Assembly: GCA_963674705.1 (NCBI GenBank)
Contig: OY771506.1
Location: forward strand, 5,152,001 to 5,216,000
Origin: Phycisphaeraceae bacterium
Lineage (GTDB): Bacteria > Planctomycetota > Phycisphaerae > Phycisphaerales > Phycisphaeraceae
DNA length: 64,000 bases
Direction of reading: 5' to 3'
Shown here: piece after piece, positions 31,982 through 42,207 of the stretch
Layout: the number at the start of each line of letters is the position of its first letter
Numbering within the stretch: position 1 is the first letter of the stretch
Position numbers and translations under genes: made by a program
Notes under the pieces: model-generated
What the model was told of the DNA's origin: nothing
Seen by the model: the letters and a program-made list of their open reading frames with translations, nothing else
The model's database searches: none

Positions 31982-32058
31982 TGTAACACAGAACCGATCT
32001 GTTACACATAACACAATCGAGCTTCAAACATGTATCAATGTTTCTCGAAACGGTTTCG
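31982..32058. promoter_or_regulatory. Two palindromic operator candidates upstream of the sugar transporter
   Basis: TGTAACA-N11-TGTTACA (31982-32006) and LacI-like CGAAACGGTTTCG (32046-32058). Confidence 0.45.
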
Positions 32059-32097
32059 CCCTCTACTTACTTGGTGTAGACCCACTTATGAGGGATC

Positions 32098-32179
32098 GGG
32101 TGCCACATCTTGATCGCGCAGCGACAAGGTGTGCTGGTACTTGCACACGTTGCTCCTGCGGAGTCAAAGTGTGGCACCC
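32098..32179. repeat. REP-like inverted doublet GGGTGCCACA...TGTGGCACCC
   Basis: Perfect 10-bp terminal inverted repeat, each half an imperfect hairpin. Confidence 0.7.
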
Positions 32180-32344
32180 ATCATACTATTCGCTTCCAGT
32201 AACAATGTTTCATCTCTTGCCGTGCAAAACCTGCATGACGTAATGCGATCACGCGTGTCCGCAACGCAAAGATAACCTTCAAAACAAGGGAAATGCCACT
32301 ACGTTTTCGCTGGTGCTGTTTATTCAGATCGATTAATATCTGCG

Positions 32345-33892
32345 TTGGTTTCTTTACGTATTCATGTCCAGGAGCTTACGTTGTCTACGACATCGACACC
32401 GGCCGCGGATCAATCGCGTGTTCCCCTTTTTCAAAAAATCGCCTTCGGCATAGGCATGCTCGGTAACCAGATGTTCCCCGCCGCGCTGGGCATCTTCATG
32501 GTCGTGCTCGTTCAAAGCCTGGGCATGAACACGGTGCTATGGGGCATCCTCTTTTTCCTGCCCCGCCTATCGGATGCGCTGACCGACCCGGTGATGGGCT
32601 ACATCTCGGACAACACCAAGTCACGCTGGGGGAGACGCCGGCCGTACATCTTCATCGGCGCGATCATCGCAGGTCTGTCCTACATCTTCATGTGGCAACT
32701 AAATCCTGATCCCGAAGTCAGCGAATGGTTCATCTCCCTAATGGAGAAGTTGAATCTCAAAGACAGCGATTTGTACCCGATGTATTACAACTTCACCTAC
32801 TTCCTGTTGCTTTCTTTCGTCTTCTATCTCGGCCTCACCATCTTCGCCACGCCTTACGTCGCGATGGGATACGAGATGAGCGACGACTTCCACGAACGCA
32901 CGCGCCTTATGGCCGTCGCTCAGTGGATCGGCCAATGGGCCTGGGTCATCGTCCCCTGGTTCTGGGTCATCCTCTATGACCAGCGCATCTACCCCGACGC
33001 GGTCGCGGGGGCTCGCAACCTCGCGATCTGGGTCGGCCTCGGCTGCATGATCATGGCGATGATGCCCGCCCTGTTCTGCAAGACCCAGCCCGTTGACCCG
33101 AGCACACAGGAAGAGCTTTCGCTGCGTAAAGCGGGCGACAGCTTGGCGAGCCTGTTCAAAGGCTTCGGCGCGACCTTCCGATGCATGCCGTTTGTTCGGT
33201 TATGCCTCGCGACGTTCTTCGTGTTCAACGCTTTCAACACCGTCGCCGGCTTCTCCTTCTTCATCATCGTCCACTACATGTTCCACGGCGTCACCGGGCC
33301 GGAGGGTTCGGACATGTGGCCTACCTGGTTCGGCTGCATCAGCGCACTCACGACCGCCTTCCTCGCCATCCCCATCGTTACCTACCTGTCAGGAAGGTTC
33401 GGCAAAAAAATCGCCTTCATCATCTCGCAGTCGCTGTCCGTCATCGGGTACATCAGCTTCTGGTGGTGCTTCAATCCGAACAATCCCTGGCTGCTGTTCC
33501 TGCCCCTGCCGCTGTTCTCCTTCGGCATCGGCAGCCTCTTCACACTGATGATGTCGATGACCGCCGACGTCTGCGACCTGGACGAACTGAACACCGGCGC
33601 ACGACGTGAGGGCGCGTTCGGGGCCGTCTACTGGTGGATGGTCAAGTTCGGCTTCGCCATCGCAGGCCTCGGCGGCGGGCTGATCATGAAGTGGGTCGGC
33701 TTCGACTCGGGTGCCGCCACGCAGACCCCCGAAGCTATGACCGGCATGCGACTGGCGTACATCATCCTACCGGCCCTGGGCACCCTCATCGCCATCATCA
33801 TCATGCTCGGTTACGACCTGACCGAACAACGCAGCCACGAAATCCGCGAACAGATCGCCGAGCGAAAGAAGGCCGGTGCTGTCGAAGCTTAA
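32345..33892 (+). CDS. MFS glycoside-pentoside-hexuronide (MelB-like) sugar transporter
   Basis: DALTDPVMGYISDNTKSRWGRRRPY, ERTRL, ADVCD...G.RREG; start approximate. Confidence 0.9.
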   Translation: MVSLRIHVQELTLSTTSTPAADQSRVPLFQKIAFGIGMLGNQMFPAALGIFMVVLVQSLGMNTVLWGILFFLPRLSDALTDPVMGYISDNTKSRWGRRRPYIFIGAIIAGLSYIFMWQLNPDPEVSEWFISLMEKLNLKDSDLYPMYYNFTYFLLLSFVFYLGLTIFATPYVAMGYEMSDDFHERTRLMAVAQWIGQWAWVIVPWFWVILYDQRIYPDAVAGARNLAIWVGLGCMIMAMMPALFCKTQPVDPSTQEELSLRKAGDSLASLFKGFGATFRCMPFVRLCLATFFVFNAFNTVAGFSFFIIVHYMFHGVTGPEGSDMWPTWFGCISALTTAFLAIPIVTYLSGRFGKKIAFIISQSLSVIGYISFWWCFNPNNPWLLFLPLPLFSFGIGSLFTLMMSMTADVCDLDELNTGARREGAFGAVYWWMVKFGFAIAGLGGGLIMKWVGFDSGAATQTPEAMTGMRLAYIILPALGTLIAIIIMLGYDLTEQRSHEIREQIAERKKAGAVEA

Positions 33893-33957
33893 ACGCTTAA
33901 TAACAGCAAAGACGTGATTAGAAAGTAGCCCACGCGAGTGTGTGGGTTTCAATCCTG

Positions 33958-34335
33958 TTAATCATGGTCGGATAGTTGAATATCACTGCCCACACGCTGC
34001 GACACCTCATCGAACTTCGCACGCACCGCATCCGAAAGATCGATCCCCAATCGATGCGACAAGAGGTCGGCATAGATCACCACGTCCGCGATCTCCTTGC
34101 CGATCTCTTCAAGGTCAATCTCATCGGTCCCTCGCTGAAGCTTCTTGGTCAGGTTGCACACCCCGCCTGTCTTCGCGATTAAAGGCAAGAGCACCTCAAC
34201 CAACTCCCCCGCCTCCCCCGCCATCGCATTCGACCAGTCCGCCGGCGACCAGTTACGACAACTGCCAAACGACTGCTCGCACCGCTTCACATTCGCTTCA
34301 CGCAACGTTCTCAGGTTCAAACCATTATCTTTCAT
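33958..34335 (-). CDS. MazG-like nucleotide pyrophosphohydrolase (single domain)
   Basis: GEAGE...KEIADVVIYADLL, DAVRAKF. Confidence 0.8.
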   Translation of the reverse strand: MKDNGLNLRTLREANVKRCEQSFGSCRNWSPADWSNAMAGEAGELVEVLLPLIAKTGGVCNLTKKLQRGTDEIDLEEIGKEIADVVIYADLLSHRLGIDLSDAVRAKFDEVSQRVGSDIQLSDHD

Positions 34336-34384
34336 AGCATCCTCGTCTAAGCTAAATATCTGCTTTCAGTCTACCACAACAATC

Positions 34385-34424
34385 GCGCAAAAAAGAAGCC
34401 CACGTTGTATCAACGTGGGCTCCG
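34385..34424 (-). terminator. Terminator of pckG
   Basis: GAGCCCACGTTG/CAACGTGGGCTT stem + T6 on the minus strand. Confidence 0.85.
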
Positions 34425-34450
34425 GTTTGGTTGTAATGTGGGAAACGAGT

Positions 34451-36268
34451 TTACGCCTTGAGACGCGCTTCCAATGCATCCAGCTCATCAGCGAGCGCCT
34501 TGGGCAACTTGCTGCCGAACTTCGCGTAGTGTTCACGCATCGCGGGGATCACGTCGAGCCATTCCTTGTTGTCGACGGCCAGCAACTGCTTGAGGTCTTC
34601 ATCATCGATGTCCAGACCGTCGAGGTCCAGGCTGTCGGGTGTGGGCAGGTTGCCGATCGGTGTTTTGACGACTTCGCCCTTGCCGTCGACGCGGTCGCAG
34701 ACCCACTTGAGGACGCGGCTGTTGTCTCCGAAGCCGGGCCAGAGCCACTTGCCTTCGGGGCTCTTGCGGAACCAGTTCACGTAGAAGACCTTCGGCATCT
34801 TGGCGCCGTCTTTCTTCGCCATGTTCAGCCAGTGCTGCCAGTAGTCGCCCATGTTGTAGCCACAGAACGGCAGCATCGCCATCGGGTCGAAACGCAGTTG
34901 GCCTAATCCACCGGCGGCGGCGGCGGTCTTCTCACTGGCCATCACCGAGCCGAGGAACGTGCCGTGCGTCCAACTGAACGCTTCCATCGCCAGCGGCTGC
35001 GTGCTCGCACGTCGGCCGCCGAACAGGATCGCGTCGATCGGCACGCCGGCCGGGTCTTCCCAGTTCGGCGCGATGACCGGGCACTGATCCGCACGCGCTG
35101 TAAAGCGGGCGTTGGGGTGCGCGGCCTTGACATCCGTGCCGGGCTTCCAGTCGTTGCCGTGCCAGTCAACAAGATGATCGGGCGTCGGGCCGTCGATCTC
35201 TTCCCACCAGACATCGCCGTCGTCGGTCTTGGCGACGTTGGTGAAGATGGCGTTTTCCTTCAGCGATTCCATCGCGTTGGGGTTCGAGGCGTAGTTGGTG
35301 CCCGGCGCGACGCCGAAGAAACCGGCTTCGGGGTTGATCGCGTAGAGCTTGCCGTCCTTGCCGAACTTCATCCAGGCGATGTCGTCGCCGACGGTCTCGA
35401 CCTTCCAGCCGTCCAGCGTCGGGTTCATCATGGCCAGGTTCGTCTTGCCGCAGGCACTCGGGAACGCGGCGGCGATGTACTTGACCTTGCCTTCGGGGCT
35501 CGTGAGTTTGAGAATGAGCATGTGCTCAGCCATCCAGCCCTGCTCCTTGGCCATGATCGAAGCGATACGCAGCGCGAAGCACTTCTTGCCGAGCAGCGCG
35601 TTGCCGCCGTAGCCCGAGCCGAAGCTCCAGATTTCCTTGGTTTCCGGGAAGTGCGTGATGTACTTGTTGTCCGCGTTGCACGGCCAGGGCACATCCTTCT
35701 GTCCGGGCTCAAGCGGCGAACCGACGGTATGCACGCAAGGCACGAACACGCCGGCATCACCCAACACATCCAGAACACTCTGTCCCACGCGCGTCATGAT
35801 GTGCATGTTCGCGACGACGTACGCGCTATCCGTCAGTTCCACACCGATGTGAGCGATCGGCGAGCCGACCGGGCCCATCGAGTAAGGGATGACATACATC
35901 GTCCGGCCCTTCATGCAGCCGTCGAACAGCGGCATGAGGATCGACTTCATCTCGTCCGGCGCTTTCCAGTTGTTCGTCGGGCCGGCGTCTTCTTCCTTCT
36001 CGCAGCAGATGAACGTGCGGTCTTCGACGCGCGCCACGTCCGCCGGGTCGGAGCGGATCAATACGCTGTTGGGCTTCTTGTCTTGAGACAGCCATTCAGC
36101 GGTCCCCCCTTCGACCATCAGGTCGAGCATCGCCTGGTATTCTTCCGTCGAGCCGTCGCACCAATACACCTTATCCGGCTTGGTAAGCTGGGCGATCTGG
36201 TCGACCCAGTCAATGAGTTTCTTATGGCTTGTGTTCACCACGCCCGCAGCCTGATTGGCCTGTGTCAC
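34451..36268 (-). CDS. pckG: Phosphoenolpyruvate carboxykinase (GTP)
   Basis: [42 protein letters not shown]. Confidence 0.97.
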   Translation of the reverse strand: MTQANQAAGVVNTSHKKLIDWVDQIAQLTKPDKVYWCDGSTEEYQAMLDLMVEGGTAEWLSQDKKPNSVLIRSDPADVARVEDRTFICCEKEEDAGPTNNWKAPDEMKSILMPLFDGCMKGRTMYVIPYSMGPVGSPIAHIGVELTDSAYVVANMHIMTRVGQSVLDVLGDAGVFVPCVHTVGSPLEPGQKDVPWPCNADNKYITHFPETKEIWSFGSGYGGNALLGKKCFALRIASIMAKEQGWMAEHMLILKLTSPEGKVKYIAAAFPSACGKTNLAMMNPTLDGWKVETVGDDIAWMKFGKDGKLYAINPEAGFFGVAPGTNYASNPNAMESLKENAIFTNVAKTDDGDVWWEEIDGPTPDHLVDWHGNDWKPGTDVKAAHPNARFTARADQCPVIAPNWEDPAGVPIDAILFGGRRASTQPLAMEAFSWTHGTFLGSVMASEKTAAAAGGLGQLRFDPMAMLPFCGYNMGDYWQHWLNMAKKDGAKMPKVFYVNWFRKSPEGKWLWPGFGDNSRVLKWVCDRVDGKGEVVKTPIGNLPTPDSLDLDGLDIDDEDLKQLLAVDNKEWLDVIPAMREHYAKFGSKLPKALADELDALEARLKA

Positions 36269-36469
36269 GGTAGTCTCCTAATCATCAGGGGGTTACGCTT
36301 TCCAACCCGTGCCCGCAACAACCACGCGAGGCACGCGTACAGCAAGGTCGGCGGTAGTATAGCGAATAACCGCTCAGCGTTCCGACAATACTATCTTATT
36401 GCCTCAATTCCTTGCACTCTCTTGATCTACGCTAGACTATAAACTTAAACGTTATATCGGTTAGCAAAC

Positions 36470-36811
36470 ATGCCTAATAAACTTTGGAAAATTATAGGGC
36501 CCACTGATCGCTTCGAGCCCGGCTCGCACACATGTCTGACCATTGGATACGAACCGGTCGTCCTGGTCAACAATGACGGCTCCTTTTTCGCCTTCGAAAA
36601 CCGCTGCCCTCACGCCGGCAGGCCCCTCGATCAGGGCGAACGCACCGGCCTGATCCTCACCTGCCCCTTCCACGGCTGGACCTACAACATCAAGACAGGC
36701 AAAAACATAGATGATCCCTATGATGAGCAGACCCTGAAAACCTACCCCGTCCGGATCGAGGACGGACAGGTACAGATCCAGACCAATCAAGACCCCGGAA
36801 ACCCAGAGTAA
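36470..36811 (+). CDS. Rieske 2Fe-2S ferredoxin
   Basis: CPH...CPFHGW. Confidence 0.9.
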   Translation: MPNKLWKIIGPTDRFEPGSHTCLTIGYEPVVLVNNDGSFFAFENRCPHAGRPLDQGERTGLILTCPFHGWTYNIKTGKNIDDPYDEQTLKTYPVRIEDGQVQIQTNQDPGNPE

Positions 36812-36814
36812 CCC

Positions 36815-38194
36815 ATGAGTGACCACCCGATCCTGACCATACTCGAAAACGACCATGACGCCGCCGTCCAGCGGCTTTGCGATCTACTGAAAATCCCCAG
36901 CGTCAGCACCGACCCCGCCTATAAGCAGCACATCGACGCCGCCGCCAACTGGGTCGCCGACCACATCAAACAGTCCGGCCTCGACGCCGAGGTCTGCCAG
37001 ACCGCCGGCCACCCCGTCGTCCTCGCCAAGACCACCGATGACGATGTCGAAAACCCCAATGCCAAACGCATCCTGTTCTACGGCCACTACGATGTACAGC
37101 CCCCGGACCCGCTCGACAAATGGACCACCGGCCCGTTCGAGCCCACTATCCGTGATGGCAAGCTCTACGCCCGCGGTTCCTCGGATGACAAGGGCCAGGT
37201 CGCCTGCTTCCTCGAAGCGCTGCGCGCATACAAAAAAGCCGGTCGCAAACTCCCCTGCCACGTCACCGTCATGATCGAAGGCGAAGAAGAATGCGGCAGC
37301 GTCGGACTGCCCGGCTTCCTCAAGGAATACCACGACCAGCTCAAGGCGGATGTCGTCGTCGTAAGCGACACCACCATGTGGGACCCCGACACACCCGCCA
37401 TCACCTACGCCATGCGCGGCCTGGTCTACTTCGATATCAAACTGTACGGGCCCAACCGAGACCTGCACTCCGGCGTCTATGGCGGAACCCTCGCCAACCC
37501 CGCCACGCTCCTGCCTCGCACACTCGCCAAACTCTTCGGCGACGATAACCGCATCACCATCCCCGGCTTCTACGACGACGTGGCCCCGCTCGATCCGGTC
37601 GAAACCAAACGCTGGGCGGACCTCGGCTTCAAGGATGAGCTGTTCCTCAACCCCATCGGCGCAACGCCCTTCGGCGAAGCGGGTTTCACAACACTCGAAC
37701 GGCGCTGGGCTCGACCGAGTTGCGATGTCAACGGCATCTATGGCGGATACATGGGCGAAGGCGCTAAGACGGTTATCCCAAGTTTCGCTGGTGCTAAAGT
37801 CAGCTTCCGCATCCCCGCGAACATGGATCCGAAGAAGGTCGCCAAGCAGTTTATCGACTGGCTCAAGTCGCAGGACGTCGCCGGCTGCCGATGGAAAATC
37901 GAACAGCACGGCGAAGCCTACCCCGTCGCCGTCTCGATCGATTCACCTTACATCGCCGCAGCAGGCCGCGCGATTGAAAACGCCAAGGGACGACCGCCCG
38001 TTCTCGTCCGCGATGGCGCAACCATCCCCATCATCGCCGAGTTCAAACAACAGCTAGGCCTCGACACCCTGCTCATCGGCTTCGGCCTCAACGACGACAG
38101 CATCCACTCCCCCGACGAATGCTTCGGCTTAGACCGCTTCGCACTGGGCTGCAAAACCCACGCGCTACTCTTAGAAGAAGTCGCAAAGTTGTAG
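36815..38194 (+). CDS. M20 family dipeptidase
   Basis: YGHYDVQP, RGSSDDKGQ, EGEEE, DLHSG, HSPDE. Confidence 0.93.
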   Translation: MSDHPILTILENDHDAAVQRLCDLLKIPSVSTDPAYKQHIDAAANWVADHIKQSGLDAEVCQTAGHPVVLAKTTDDDVENPNAKRILFYGHYDVQPPDPLDKWTTGPFEPTIRDGKLYARGSSDDKGQVACFLEALRAYKKAGRKLPCHVTVMIEGEEECGSVGLPGFLKEYHDQLKADVVVVSDTTMWDPDTPAITYAMRGLVYFDIKLYGPNRDLHSGVYGGTLANPATLLPRTLAKLFGDDNRITIPGFYDDVAPLDPVETKRWADLGFKDELFLNPIGATPFGEAGFTTLERRWARPSCDVNGIYGGYMGEGAKTVIPSFAGAKVSFRIPANMDPKKVAKQFIDWLKSQDVAGCRWKIEQHGEAYPVAVSIDSPYIAAAGRAIENAKGRPPVLVRDGATIPIIAEFKQQLGLDTLLIGFGLNDDSIHSPDECFGLDRFALGCKTHALLLEEVAKL

Positions 38195-38349
38195 CCAACG
38201 CCGGTCCTGAGCAAAGCGAAGGGCCGGGTATCTTCTGAATGATTTGTTGTATAGCCGCGACCATCGGTCGCGCCGCTTTGTCAGCGCTGCTTCAACAGCG
38301 CTGCTTTGCCATTCCCGCTCGTTCAGAGCGCGACCACTGGTCGCGGCTA
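38195..38349. repeat. 36-nt hairpin repeat plus TAGCC REP doublet
   Basis: CCAACGCCGGTCCTGAGCAAAGCGAAGGGCCGGGTA; TAGCCGCGACCATCGGTCGCGC ... GCGCGACCACTGGTCGCGGCTA. Confidence 0.85.
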
Positions 38350-38536
38350 AACATTGAATCTACCCACAAGAAATCCCAAACCGGTATAACAACTCTCTTT
38401 ATCAACAATTAACCATAAGCATAACAACACTTTACCCGCAATACGTGCTACAATAGCCCAAATGGCTTAAACCACTCACCGCGGCCGCTGCTTGTCGGCC
38501 CGGGGCGTAAATCACTACATAAAAAGGTCTTACACC

Positions 38537-40426
38537 ATGGCCGTGATCACGATGCCCAACGTCACACTCTCGCGCTCCGCCGAGAACGTCCTCGCTGAGG
38601 CCAAGTCCGTCACTTTCGTCGGCAGCGTCGAAGAACTCGTCAAACTCGCCGTGCCCGAAGGCCAGACCGATCCGCGCGGCGTCTACACCGTCGGCTACGA
38701 CGTGCCCGGCAAAGGCTTCGTTGAAGAGATGAAAGTCAATCGCGTACGCAACGGCATCTGCGCCAACTACGTCGAAGCCTACATGCGACGGCGCGATCCC
38801 GACTGCATGGTCATCGCTGACGATCGACCGACCGGCAAGGCCAAGTGGGAGAGCCGCTTCCCCGATATGAAGTGGGAAGACGTCCGCCAGCAAACCTTCG
38901 ACTGGCTCAAGACACAGGACCTCGCCTGCTTCTTCTTCAATGTAGGCCTCGAAGGCAAAGGCACCTCCGCCGTCGCTATCTGCCCCGCCAACGCCGCTTC
39001 CTTCGCGCTGGGCCTGGCCATGCTCCAGGGCATCATCCCGCTTGAAGAAGTCGATGAAGACTTCTACCACGAAGCCATCGTCTACGTCGCGCCGCCCTTC
39101 CGTCATTCGCACTTCGGCGGCAAACAGGTCGTCGTGCACAACCGACGCGAACCGCTGCACGAACTGTTCAGCTACAACCTCTACCCCGGTCCGTCCGCCA
39201 AGAAGGGTATGTACGGCGTCCTTCTTACACGCGGCGAACAGGAAGGCTGGATCACCGCACACTGCTCCACCGTCCAGGTCATCACCCCTTACGACAACGT
39301 CTGCACCATCATGCACGAAGGCGCATCCGGCGGCGGCAAGAGCGAAATGCTCGAACAGATGCACCGCGAACCGGACGGCCGACTCCGGCTCGGTACCAAC
39401 ACCGTCAATGGCGACTCGCGCCACCTTACCATCCCGCGCGGCTGCGCTTTGCATCCGGTGACCGATGACATGGCGCTGTGCCATCCCGACTACCAGAAAC
39501 CCGAAGTCGGCAAACTCACGCTCTTTGACGCGGAAAACGCATGGTTCCTGCGCGTCAACCACATCACACGCTACGGCACGGACCCGCACCTCGAAGCGAT
39601 GACCATCTCGCCGCCGGACCCGTTGTTGTTCCTGAACATCGACGCCGCGCCGGACGCCACCGCGCTGATCTGGGACCACATCATGGATGATGAGAAAACC
39701 CCCTGCCCCAACCCGCGCGTCATCGTCCCGCGTAAGGATTATCCCAACATCGTCAGCAAGCCCGTCACCATTGATGTGCGAAGCTTCGGCGTGCGTACGC
39801 CACCATGCACGCGCGAGAAACCAAGCTACGGCATCCTCGGCATGCTCAACATCCTGCCCGCGCCGCTCGCCTGGCTCTGGCGACTCGTCGCGCCGCGCGG
39901 CCACGCCAATCCTTCGATCGTCGACACCGGCGGCATGACCAGTGAAGGCGTCGGCAGCTACTGGCCATTCGCAACAGGACGCGCCGTCGACCAGGCAAAC
40001 CTCCTGCTCGATCAGTTCATGAAGACCGGCGACACCCTCTTCGTCCTGCTGCCCAACCAGCACATCGGCTGCTGGGAAACCAGCTTCGCCCCGCAGTGGA
40101 TCGTCCGCGAATACCTCGCACGACGCGGCTCCGCCGTCTTCCCGCCCGACCGCATCAGCCCCACACGCTGCCCACTGCTCGGTTACGCGCCCAACAGCAT
40201 GCAGGTCGAAGGCAGCGAAATCAGCCAATGGTTCCTGCGTGTCGAAACCCAACCCGAAGTCGGCGAAGACGGCTACGACGCCGGCGCCAAGATCCTACAA
40301 AACTTCTTCACCGAACAACTCACGCCGTTCTTAAACAACCCCGACCTGCACAAGCACGGCAAACAAATCATCCAAGCCTGCCTCGACGGCGCAACCGCCG
40401 AACAATACGAGGCGCTGATTAAGTGA
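38537..40426 (+). CDS. DUF4914 family protein, PEP-carboxykinase-like
   Basis: ~630 aa; YMRRRDPD, YPGPSAKKG, TAHCS, HEGASGGGKSEM, TDDMA, AENAWF, CPNPR, SEGVGSYWPF. Confidence 0.85.
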   Translation: MAVITMPNVTLSRSAENVLAEAKSVTFVGSVEELVKLAVPEGQTDPRGVYTVGYDVPGKGFVEEMKVNRVRNGICANYVEAYMRRRDPDCMVIADDRPTGKAKWESRFPDMKWEDVRQQTFDWLKTQDLACFFFNVGLEGKGTSAVAICPANAASFALGLAMLQGIIPLEEVDEDFYHEAIVYVAPPFRHSHFGGKQVVVHNRREPLHELFSYNLYPGPSAKKGMYGVLLTRGEQEGWITAHCSTVQVITPYDNVCTIMHEGASGGGKSEMLEQMHREPDGRLRLGTNTVNGDSRHLTIPRGCALHPVTDDMALCHPDYQKPEVGKLTLFDAENAWFLRVNHITRYGTDPHLEAMTISPPDPLLFLNIDAAPDATALIWDHIMDDEKTPCPNPRVIVPRKDYPNIVSKPVTIDVRSFGVRTPPCTREKPSYGILGMLNILPAPLAWLWRLVAPRGHANPSIVDTGGMTSEGVGSYWPFATGRAVDQANLLLDQFMKTGDTLFVLLPNQHIGCWETSFAPQWIVREYLARRGSAVFPPDRISPTRCPLLGYAPNSMQVEGSEISQWFLRVETQPEVGEDGYDAGAKILQNFFTEQLTPFLNNPDLHKHGKQIIQACLDGATAEQYEALIK

Positions 40427-40430
40427 TTGA

Positions 40431-40744
40431 GTGTAGGGTGTAGGGTGTAGGGTGTAGGGTGTAGGGTGTAGGGTGTAGAAATTGTATTGCTAATAGCTAA
40501 AGGCTATTGGCAAATGGCTAATGGCTTCTGAACCCCAACGCCGGTCCTGAGCGCAGCGAAGGTCCGGGTATATTCAAAACTCTTACCCCCTCTCCCCGCG
40601 GGAGACTTCCGGGGGGGGCTGGGGTGAGGGCCGTAGCGTATTAACTGCTCAGTGTTATAAGCACGACAAAAAGTGATTAATCGAACTACAACAACCCATC
40701 TTCATACACAATCCATCCGCCCGCATTGCGTCGCAATGCGGCTA
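40431..40744. repeat. Composite repeat cluster
   Basis: (GTGTAGG)x~7, GCTAAT-type heptamers, 36-nt hairpin (40535), CCCCCTCTCCC..GGGGTGAGGG (40586), TAGCC REP (40720). Confidence 0.88.
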
Positions 40745-40791
40745 GGAAAGAAAAACAATCAACATACCCCCACTAATCACTAACCACCCAC

Positions 40792-41910
40792 TCACGCCCC
40801 GAACAGGTTCGCTTGCGAGAACATCCCCTGTTTATCGAAGTATTGCAACGCTTCTTCGGTGCTCTTGAAGACCTGTGTCGCGGTCTCGGTGATGAACGGG
40901 CTGGGTGATCGTTTGGGTTTCCAGACGACGTACACCTCGCGGCCGTGCTCGAAGGCGTGGTGCAGTTCGCGCTCGACGCCGCTGGATAAACCGGGCATCC
41001 CGTCAGGCAGTTCAGGCACGAGCGAAACGATCATGTCGCTTTGGCGCACCATCTTGAAGTCGCGCGAATAGATCTGGCCGTCCACGTCGCCGGCGATATC
41101 CAATACCTGCTTGACCGACACACGGATCTTATCCTTGCCGCCCGAGAACGAACCCGCATCAAGTTCGACGAATTCCTTGCCTTCCTTCGCCGCGGCGATC
41201 GCGGCATCCAGCAGGATCTTCTCATCCACATCCGCCGGGTCGAACGCGATGAAGTGCTTGGCGAGTTCAGCGCGGAACGCATCGATCTCCTTGAGCGTCT
41301 CCGGCAAACCGACCACGTGCGTCATCGGGAACGACGGATACACCGTCTTCATGTCAGGCCGACAGATCAAGCGGTAAGCCGTCTCGTAAGTGTCCTTATG
41401 CCTGCCGCGCGACAGGACATAAAAACGGTTCGGGATCTTCAGCGCCTGAGCCAGCAGCTCCGTCGCCATGATTTCTTCTTCACGCCAGACCATCAGGTCC
41501 TTGAGCGTCGCGTCGGAAACGTGGTCGCGATGCAATCGCTCCGCGACGACCTCAATATTGTCCAGCAGGCAGATCAACACGTCCGGGTTCATCGCTTCGA
41601 TCTGGTCGAAGTCGAACGCACTGAACAGCCCGTGCCGCCAGCGGAACGTCGCGTGGGTGTTGACGATGATGTTTTCCTTGCCCTCCGAATCGCGGATCAC
41701 ATCCTTGAACGCCGCACGACGCAGCGAGTTGAGCCGGCTCAGTTGCAGGTCCAGGATCCGCCCGGCCTTCACGTCCGGGCTCTCGGCGTACATCATGTCG
41801 CCGACGTTATATAGATCGATCCGCTCCCCCTGCTGACCCGCAAAATCGACCACCTTCTGCAGGTATTCCTTCTTGTCCATACCGACCTGCCCGGTCACGA
41901 TCGCTCGCAT
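40792..41910 (-). CDS. Nucleotide-kinase-like P-loop domain fused to nucleoside 2-deoxyribosyltransferase (NDT)-like domain
   Basis: IVTGQVGMDKK, IVNTHATF (archaeal AdkA-like); YPSFPM, RDFKMVRQSD, SSGVERE (NDT-like). Confidence 0.7.
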   Translation of the reverse strand: MRAIVTGQVGMDKKEYLQKVVDFAGQQGERIDLYNVGDMMYAESPDVKAGRILDLQLSRLNSLRRAAFKDVIRDSEGKENIIVNTHATFRWRHGLFSAFDFDQIEAMNPDVLICLLDNIEVVAERLHRDHVSDATLKDLMVWREEEIMATELLAQALKIPNRFYVLSRGRHKDTYETAYRLICRPDMKTVYPSFPMTHVVGLPETLKEIDAFRAELAKHFIAFDPADVDEKILLDAAIAAAKEGKEFVELDAGSFSGGKDKIRVSVKQVLDIAGDVDGQIYSRDFKMVRQSDMIVSLVPELPDGMPGLSSGVERELHHAFEHGREVYVVWKPKRSPSPFITETATQVFKSTEEALQYFDKQGMFSQANLFGA

Positions 41911-42207
41911 GTGCTGTTCCTTCTAAATCAGATAGCTGCCTTGTTCGCCGCAGATTATAACGGTAACGCGCGATATCCGTATGCCTGTTAAAGCCGGTAG
42001 TCTGCGAACGGGAGTCAGGCATTCACTCGATCCACACACAATTCGTTGATGTCCACGCCGGCAGAAGCGTCAAATCTTCCACAACTTCGGGATAAATGCA
42101 CCAATCGCACCCCACTTCAGGGACATCCAGGACACATCCGCTTGTGTAACCGGCCACAATCGGGCATCATGTTGGGGTCAACTTCAACTTGTTCTAGAGG
42201 GACCGCC

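Noticed and set aside
38432..40252. 606-aa antisense ORF (also 34964-36442, 28969-29904, 36884-37909 and similar)
   Set aside because: Shadow ORFs opposite well-supported genes; expected with high-GC codon bias and lacking recognisable motifs.
40431..40480. Tandem repeats as a possible CRISPR array or telomere-like tract
   Set aside because: 7-nt units with no unique spacers, and no cas genes in the window.
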